Origin: an uncultured Verrucomicrobiae bacterium
GTDB taxonomy: Bacteria; Verrucomicrobiota; Verrucomicrobiia; Chthoniobacterales; UBA10450
Direction: 5' to 3'
Assembly (NCBI GenBank): GCA_963815455.1
Contig: CAWFGO010000005.1
Coordinates: 1-64,000 of the forward strand
DNA: 64,000 bases
A model generated the notes under the pieces. The model saw only the letters and a program-made list of their open reading frames with translations. It was not told the DNA's origin and made no database searches. Shown here one piece after another: positions 58,406 through 64,000 of the stretch. Both the position numbers and the translations under genes were made by a program. Numbering within the stretch: position 1 is the first letter of the stretch; every line of letters begins with the position of its first letter.

Positions 58406-60037
58406 GTGAGTTACCAGGTCTTCGCCCGCAAATATCGTCCACAGACATTCGACGACCTGGTCGGGCAAACGCACGTTTCGCGCACGCTCAAAAACGCCGT
58501 CGAACAAAACCGGCTGGCACACGCGTACTTGTTCGTCGGGCCACGCGGCGTGGGCAAAACTTCGACGGCGCGGATTCTGGCCAAGGCGCTCAATTGCGTG
58601 AAGGGCCCAACGGTGACGCCCTGCGGTGTGTGCGATAACTGCAAGGAGATTACGGCGGGCAACAGCCTCGATGTCATCGAGATCGACGGCGCGAGTAATA
58701 ACAGCGTCGAGGACGTGCGCGAGTTGCGAGACAACGTGCGTTACGCGCCGGCCAAGGGCCGTTACAAAATTTATCTCATCGATGAAGTGCACATGCTTTC
58801 TTCCGCCGCGTTCAACGCGCTGCTCAAAACACTCGAGGAACCGCCTCCGCACGTGAAATTCATTTTCGCCACGACCGAGCCGCAAAAGGTCTTGCCTACG
58901 ATCCTCAGTCGTTGTCAGCGATTCGATCTTCATCGTATTCCCGCGAATTTGATCGCCGATCATCTGCAATTCATCGCCAAGAAAGAAAAGGTCACGCTCG
59001 AGCCGGCGGCGGCCGCTTCCATTGCCCGCGGCGCGGAAGGCGGCTTGCGTGACGCCGAATCGATGCTCGATCAGTTGGTCGCATTTTGCGGAGAAAAAAT
59101 CGCCGAGAGCGATGTGCTCAACGTTTTTGGGTTCACCAGCGAACAGACGGTGATCGATCTAACCGGACGAATCTTGCAAGGCGAAGCGCCGGCTGCGCTC
59201 GACGTGCTCTATCAGCAAAGTGAGAGCGGCAAGGACATGATGCGGCTCATGTCGGACTTGATCGTTTATCTGCGCGACCTGCTGGTTTTCAAAGCCAAAC
59301 CGGACGCGCTGAAGGAAGATGTCGATCCTGAGGTTCAAAAAGCGCTCGCCGCGCACACGGATCTGATTGCGACCGATCGTCTGCTCGAGCTGATCGACCA
59401 ATTCGCCGAGGCCGAAGGCCGGATGAAATGGGCGCCGAACAAGAAACTGCATTTCGAAGTGGCCATCATTAAGGCGATCCAGAGATTGGGTCAGGCGACG
59501 CTGGATGAAGTGATCGAGAAATTGGGAAATCTTCGCGATGGCGGCGCTGTAGCCGCGGGCGCCGACCGCGGCGGTGAGAAATCACGGGCTGAGAAGGCCG
59601 CGGTCGGCGCCCGCGGCTACAGCGAGGCAACTCGCGTCGCAGAATCGCCACCTGAGTACGCGTCGGCCAAGGCAGGCGCCAAGATCGATCCTGCGGAAGT
59701 GTGGAAACAAATCAGCGCGAAGATTCCTACGCAGAAGGGTTTTCTTCGAAACGCGGCGGCTGCCGCGCATGTCATGGGGATCGAAGGCCGGAATTTTCTG
59801 CTCGGTTTCACTTCGAGCGACAAGTCGTTGCTGGAAATTTTAGGCACACAGGCGAATCGCAAATTTCTCGAGACGACGTTGCGCGAGGTCACCGGTAAAG
59901 ATTTGACGGTAAAAATGAGCATCGATGACAGCCTTCCCTCGAAGCCGGGATCACCGATCCCGGCTACATCGGAGTTTAAGGAAGATCCGCTCATTCAGGA
60001 AGCGATCGAGATGTTTAAAGGTGAAATAAGAACGTGA
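58406..60037 (+). CDS. dnaX: DNA polymerase III subunit gamma/tau
   Basis: ARKYRPQTF, GPRGVGKT, CGVCDNC, DEVHML, TILSRC. Confidence 0.96.
   Translation: MSYQVFARKYRPQTFDDLVGQTHVSRTLKNAVEQNRLAHAYLFVGPRGVGKTSTARILAKALNCVKGPTVTPCGVCDNCKEITAGNSLDVIEIDGASNNSVEDVRELRDNVRYAPAKGRYKIYLIDEVHMLSSAAFNALLKTLEEPPPHVKFIFATTEPQKVLPTILSRCQRFDLHRIPANLIADHLQFIAKKEKVTLEPAAAASIARGAEGGLRDAESMLDQLVAFCGEKIAESDVLNVFGFTSEQTVIDLTGRILQGEAPAALDVLYQQSESGKDMMRLMSDLIVYLRDLLVFKAKPDALKEDVDPEVQKALAAHTDLIATDRLLELIDQFAEAEGRMKWAPNKKLHFEVAIIKAIQRLGQATLDEVIEKLGNLRDGGAVAAGADRGGEKSRAEKAAVGARGYSEATRVAESPPEYASAKAGAKIDPAEVWKQISAKIPTQKGFLRNAAAAAHVMGIEGRNFLLGFTSSDKSLLEILGTQANRKFLETTLREVTGKDLTVKMSIDDSLPSKPGSPIPATSEFKEDPLIQEAIEMFKGEIRT
59549..59620. 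repeat. Perfect GTAG REP doublet (72 bp), in frame in dnaX
   Basis: GTAGCCGCGGGCGCCGACCGCGGC + 24 nt + its exact reverse complement. Confidence 0.9.
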
Positions 60038-60047
60038 CCGACGGCTT

Positions 60048-60359
60048 ATGAATCTCAACAAGTTGATGAAGCAGGCGCAGAAGATGCAAGAGCAGATGGC
60101 CAAAGTGCAGGCTGATCTGGAGGAGAAAACTGTCGAAGTTCAGGCCGGCGGCGGCAAAGTGACCGTGGTTGCGAATGGCGCCGGTGAAGTGCTCTCGATC
60201 AAGATCGACAAGGCAATTGTCGATCCTAACGACGTTGAATTTCTCGAGGAAGTGGTGCTGAGCGGTGTGCAGGGCGCCATCGAGCAAGGCAAGGCGCTCG
60301 CTCAATCGGAGATGAGCAAAATCAGCGGCGGAATGGGAGTGCCGGGGTTAGGGATGTAG
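60048..60359 (+). CDS. ybaB: YbaB/EbfC nucleoid-associated protein
   Basis: MKQAQKMQ, AGGGKVTV, DVEFLEE; follows dnaX. Confidence 0.92.
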   Translation: MNLNKLMKQAQKMQEQMAKVQADLEEKTVEVQAGGGKVTVVANGAGEVLSIKIDKAIVDPNDVEFLEEVVLSGVQGAIEQGKALAQSEMSKISGGMGVPGLGM

Positions 60360-60390
60360 CGTTTTGGTGAAGCGTCGACACCCAATGGCG

Positions 60391-60583
60391 GTGGCGTCCT
60401 GAGGTCGCCGCGGCGACCGAAGGATGATCCTAATAACGTCAATCGCTTTCGCGCAAGGTTCAACTTTAGCTCCGGGCCAGGCCGGCATTTGATTTGATGA
60501 TGTGGATCGCGCACGCGAGATCCTTCGCCGTCGGAGCCTGTCCTGAGCGAGCGCAGCGAGTCGAATGGGCGGCTCAGGATGAC
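60391..60583. repeat. Nested GTCCTGAG..CGAAGGAT / AGATCCTTCG..GCTCAGGATGAC element
   Basis: Same family as 45984 and 58240, with an extra half-unit nested at about 60538-60568. Confidence 0.7.
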
Positions 60584-60646
60584 GAGGCGCAGTAATTATC
60601 CGCGCGGCCACTTGGGCTTGCGCGATGTCGATCTTAGCCGGAGTAA

Positions 60647-61315
60647 TTGCCGGTGCAGCCCCAACTAACCGCGCGTGACCTGGTTCAATCTTTTCAGATG
60701 GGGCGTCGCCGGATTGACGTTTTGCGCGGGATCTCGATCGAAGTCGCGCATGGAGAAGTGGTGTTCGTGTGCGGCGCGTCGGGCGCGGGCAAGACGACTC
60801 TCTTATATACGCTGGCCGGATTGGAGCGGCCCGAATCGGGCACGGTGGAGTTCGAAGGGCGAAAACTTTATGCCGGCAGTTCGGCGTCGCAGGCCAAACT
60901 GCGCAACGAAAAGATGGGTTTTGTGTTCCAGGGTTATTTCCTGCTGCCGGAGCTGACCGCGCTGGAAAACGTTTCGCTGCCGGGAATGATCGGGGGCAGA
61001 TCTCCATTGGAAAAGGCGGAGGAAAGTTTGCGCGCGGTCGGGCTGGGCGATCGAATGCAGCATTTGCCGGCGGAACTTTCCGGGGGCGAACAGCAACGGG
61101 TGGCGATTGCGCGCGCGTTGGTGAACGATCCGGAGATCATTTTTGCCGACGAACCGACCGGCAATCTCGATTCCAAGACCGGCGACGCCATCGTCGATCT
61201 TCTGTTGAATCTGGCCCGGGAACGAAACAAGACGCTGCTGGTGGTGACGCACGATGCGCAGTTGGCCGCGCGCGGCGATCGGACGTTACACATTGTTGAT
61301 GGAATGTTGGGCTAG
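60647..61315 (+). CDS. ABC transporter ATP-binding protein (LolD-like)
   Basis: GASGAGKTT, LSGGEQQRVAIARAL, ADEPTGNLD. Confidence 0.9.
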   Translation: MPVQPQLTARDLVQSFQMGRRRIDVLRGISIEVAHGEVVFVCGASGAGKTTLLYTLAGLERPESGTVEFEGRKLYAGSSASQAKLRNEKMGFVFQGYFLLPELTALENVSLPGMIGGRSPLEKAEESLRAVGLGDRMQHLPAELSGGEQQRVAIARALVNDPEIIFADEPTGNLDSKTGDAIVDLLLNLARERNKTLLVVTHDAQLAARGDRTLHIVDGMLG

Positions 61316-61376
61316 CGGCTGCGACCGCAGTTGTCACTTGAATTGAGGAGAAAACACCGGAGACTTTTTCAAGCCT

Positions 61377-62348
61377 ATGAAAACCACTGACGCAGATACG
61401 ATGGTCATTGATGAACCAGTCACACGCAAAGGGGCGAAGACCGCAGAGGAGAACGCACGGACAACTTCGATGGCTAAGGAATCGCAAATTTATATCGACG
61501 GAAAATTTTGCTCGGAGAAAGACGCGAAGATTTCTGTGTTCGATCACGGCTTGCTTTACGGCGACGGAATTTTCGAGGGCATCCGCTTTTACAACGGCCG
61601 CGTGTTTCGTCTCGAAGAACACCTGGAGCGGCTGTGGGATTCGGCTCGCTCGATCATGCTCGAGATTCCGATGTCGATGCCAGAAATGACGGAGGCGTTG
61701 CTCGAAACGATCCGCAAAAACGGTCTCCGCGACGGCTACATTCGACTCATCGTGACGCGCGGAGTCGGAAACCTCGGGTTGAATCCGGTTCAATGTAAAA
61801 GACCGAGCGTGATCATCATCGTGGCGACGATCGCGCTTTATCCGAAGGAAGTTTATGAAAAGGGATTGACGGTGGTGACCTGCGCGACTCGGCGGACGAA
61901 CCCGAGCTCGCTCAATCCGGCGGTAAAATCGCTCAATTATTTGAACAACGTAATGGCGCGGATTGAGGCGAATCTGGCCGGCGCTGACGAAGGGCTGATG
62001 TTGAACGACGAGGGGAACGTGGCCGAATGCACGGCTGATAATCTTTTCGTGATCAAGCATGGACAGGTGTTCACGCCGCCGATTGCCGCTGGCGCCCTTC
62101 GCGGCATTACCCGCGCGGTTGTGTTTGAGATTGCAACAGAGCTTGGGATCAAGGTCGTTGAGGCAGATATCACACGGCACGATATCTTCGTTGCGGACGA
62201 ATGTTTCCTCACCGGCACGGCGGCGGAATTGATCCCGGTCGTCAAAGCCGACGGTCGCCCGATCGGCAATGGGAAACCGGGACCGATTAGCGCGCGAATG
62301 ATCGCGCGGTTCCGGCAGATTACGCGCGAAACCGGGACGCCGATTTGA
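61377..62348 (+). CDS. ilvE: Branched-chain amino acid aminotransferase (start may be 61470)
   Basis: DHGLLYGDGIFEGIR, KSLNYLNN, LRGITR, ECFLTGTAAE. Confidence 0.93.
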   Translation: MKTTDADTMVIDEPVTRKGAKTAEENARTTSMAKESQIYIDGKFCSEKDAKISVFDHGLLYGDGIFEGIRFYNGRVFRLEEHLERLWDSARSIMLEIPMSMPEMTEALLETIRKNGLRDGYIRLIVTRGVGNLGLNPVQCKRPSVIIIVATIALYPKEVYEKGLTVVTCATRRTNPSSLNPAVKSLNYLNNVMARIEANLAGADEGLMLNDEGNVAECTADNLFVIKHGQVFTPPIAAGALRGITRAVVFEIATELGIKVVEADITRHDIFVADECFLTGTAAELIPVVKADGRPIGNGKPGPISARMIARFRQITRETGTPI

Positions 62349-62438
62349 TCTTAAGATCGTTTGCGCCCGGCCCGGGCGCGGAAGGTGCTGAATTTTCAGG
62401 TTGAATGTTGTAGAGTTTTGTAGGTCTAACTTGCAGAG

Positions 62439-62930
62439 ATGCTTTGTGACGTTTGCAAATGTAATGATGCTACGGTCTTCCTGACCCAGATCCTGGAAGG
62501 CAAGATGCAAAAAGTGAACCTGTGCGATGCCTGCTCCAAAGAGAAAGGCGTGCAGGATCCGACCGGCTTTGCCCTGGCCGATTTACTCCTGGGCATCGGC
62601 GCGGCCGAAGAGATCGAGAAGGGCGCGCCGACGCAGAAGTGTCCGGTGTGCGGATACACGCAGGCCGATTTTAAGAAGACCGGACGGCTCGGGTGCAGCG
62701 CGTGCTACGTTACGTTCGCAGAAGGGTTAAACACTTTACTCAAAGCGATGCATAAGGGGACCAAACATGTCGGCAAATTTCCCCGGCGGGCGCATCGCGA
62801 AATACAACTGGGCGATCGGATGCGCACGCTGGCTGAGAATTTGGAAAAAGCCGTCGCGGAAGAGAATTACGAGACGGCCGCTTCATTACGCGATGAGATC
62901 AAGCAGCTTGAAAGCGAGATCTCGAACTAG
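62439..62930 (+). CDS. mcsA: McsA (CxxC motifs + UvrB/C domain)
   Basis: CDVC, CDAC, CPVCG, GRLGCSACY, ENYETAASLRD. Confidence 0.9.
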   Translation: MLCDVCKCNDATVFLTQILEGKMQKVNLCDACSKEKGVQDPTGFALADLLLGIGAAEEIEKGAPTQKCPVCGYTQADFKKTGRLGCSACYVTFAEGLNTLLKAMHKGTKHVGKFPRRAHREIQLGDRMRTLAENLEKAVAEENYETAASLRDEIKQLESEISN

Positions 62931-62933
62931 ACG

Positions 62934-64000
62934 ATGAAAATTTCCAATGTCATGTCCACCGCGGGCGAATGGCTGCGCGGCGAAGGCCCGCATCATCAGA
63001 TCGTGGTTAGCAGCCGCGTCCGATTGGCCCGTAATCTTCGCAATCGGCCGTTCCCAGGCTGGGCCAAAAAAGCGGAGCGGACGAGCATTCTGGAATTGAT
63101 GAAGCCGGCCGTTGAGGAGCTTCCCGAAATGGAAGACTCGTTTTCAGAAGTGCTTCAGGATCTTTCCGCGCTCGATAAGCAAGTCTTGGTGGAACGTCAT
63201 CTGATTAGCCGCGAGCACGCGGCGAAGGGGGCTGGCAGCGCCGTGGTGATGAACCGGCGACAGACGCTGAGCATCATGTTGAACGAGGAAGATCATTTGC
63301 GAATGCAATCCATTCGCTCGGGTTTGCAATTGAAGCAGGCGTTCAAACTCGTGGATAAGATCGACACGGCGCTCGAGGACAAACTCGAGTTCGGTTACGA
63401 TCGACGCCTTGGATATCTGACCGCCTGCCCAACGAATGTCGGCACCGGCATGCGTGCTTCGGCCATGTTGCATCTGCCTGGCCTGGTTTTGAGCGAGATG
63501 ATCAATCAGGTTGTTCAGGCGGTGAGCAAGATCGGCCTGGCCGTGCGCGGTCTTTACGGCGAAGGCACCGAAGCGATGGGCAACCTGTTCCAAATCTCGA
63601 ACCAGACAACGCTGGGCGAAAAGGAAGACGAGATCATCGGTCGCCTAACCAAGGTGATCGAGACGATTATCGACAAGGAACACGATGCGCGCCAGGTGTT
63701 GATCCAGAAAAAATCGAACACGCTGTGGGACCAAATCGGTCGCGCCTACGGCGTTTTGACTTATGCCCACGCGATGAGTTCGAAAGAAGCGCTTAATTTA
63801 TTGTCGATCATCAAATTGGGCGTGGATCTGGGCGCGTTTCCGGAAGATCGGCGTTTGCCAATCGATCAACTTTTCATCGATACCCAGCCCGCGCATCTGC
63901 AAAAAGGCTCCGATCAAAAGCTAAATGCCGAAGAACGCGACCACCTTCGGGCACAGATTATCCGCGACCGTTTGAAAGTCTTCCCCAAACCTGATATTAG
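62934..64000 (+). CDS. mcsB: Protein arginine kinase McsB (3'-truncated by window edge)
   Basis: My translation: VVSSRVRLARNL, LNEEDHLRMQ, GYLTACPTNVGTGMRAS, VRGLYGEG. Confidence 0.93.
   Translation, partial: MKISNVMSTAGEWLRGEGPHHQIVVSSRVRLARNLRNRPFPGWAKKAERTSILELMKPAVEELPEMEDSFSEVLQDLSALDKQVLVERHLISREHAAKGAGSAVVMNRRQTLSIMLNEEDHLRMQSIRSGLQLKQAFKLVDKIDTALEDKLEFGYDRRLGYLTACPTNVGTGMRASAMLHLPGLVLSEMINQVVQAVSKIGLAVRGLYGEGTEAMGNLFQISNQTTLGEKEDEIIGRLTKVIETIIDKEHDARQVLIQKKSNTLWDQIGRAYGVLTYAHAMSSKEALNLLSIIKLGVDLGAFPEDRRLPIDQLFIDTQPAHLQKGSDQKLNAEERDHLRAQIIRDRLKVFPKPDI

Noticed and set aside
60396..60430. Hammerhead-like ribozyme (CTGA-hairpin-GAA)
   Set aside because: Lacks the CUGANGA/GAAA core and is explained by the GTCATCCTGAG repeat family
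61137..62510. Long antisense ORFs (also 49726-50703, 27361-28104)
   Set aside because: Shadow frames opposite well-supported genes in GC-rich DNA

Overview
A bacterial chromosome segment, most likely Verrucomicrobiota (Chthoniobacterales/Spartobacteria-like; inferred from VPDSG/VPEGG-CTERM proteins, an exosortase and ilvE-mcsA-mcsB). Bases 1-33 kb are an exopolysaccharide / PEP-CTERM protein-sorting locus: DUF218 gene, WbpP-like epimerase, nucleotide-sugar dehydrogenase, exosortase, Wza-like exporter, beta-barrel, FN3 protein, PrsK/PrsR, three PrsT-like TPR lipoproteins, four sorting-signal proteins each behind a sigma54 promoter with a shared 17-bp upstream motif, two SdrD-B fusion proteins and an RfaH-like antiterminator. 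It ends at tRNA-Val(TAC). Bases 33.6-64 kb are mostly housekeeping: deaminase, racemase, DUF885, bactofilin, topB, ubiE, Gld-like ABC system, HtrA, sucAB-lpdA, DmpA, dnaX-ybaB, ilvE, mcsA-mcsB. The most striking unexplained structure is four divergent four-helix-bundle genes (23S-rRNA-IVP/Avd-like). Each sits between operon genes, enclosed by its own family of inverted 7-8-nt tandem-repeat arms. Gene-less versions of the same arms occur between genes and in frame inside the sugar dehydrogenase. Several REP-like palindromes also sit inside coding genes (dnaX, sucB, DmpA, cyclodeaminase, racemase). About eleven single-base frameshifts, some in core metabolic genes, are most likely assembly errors.
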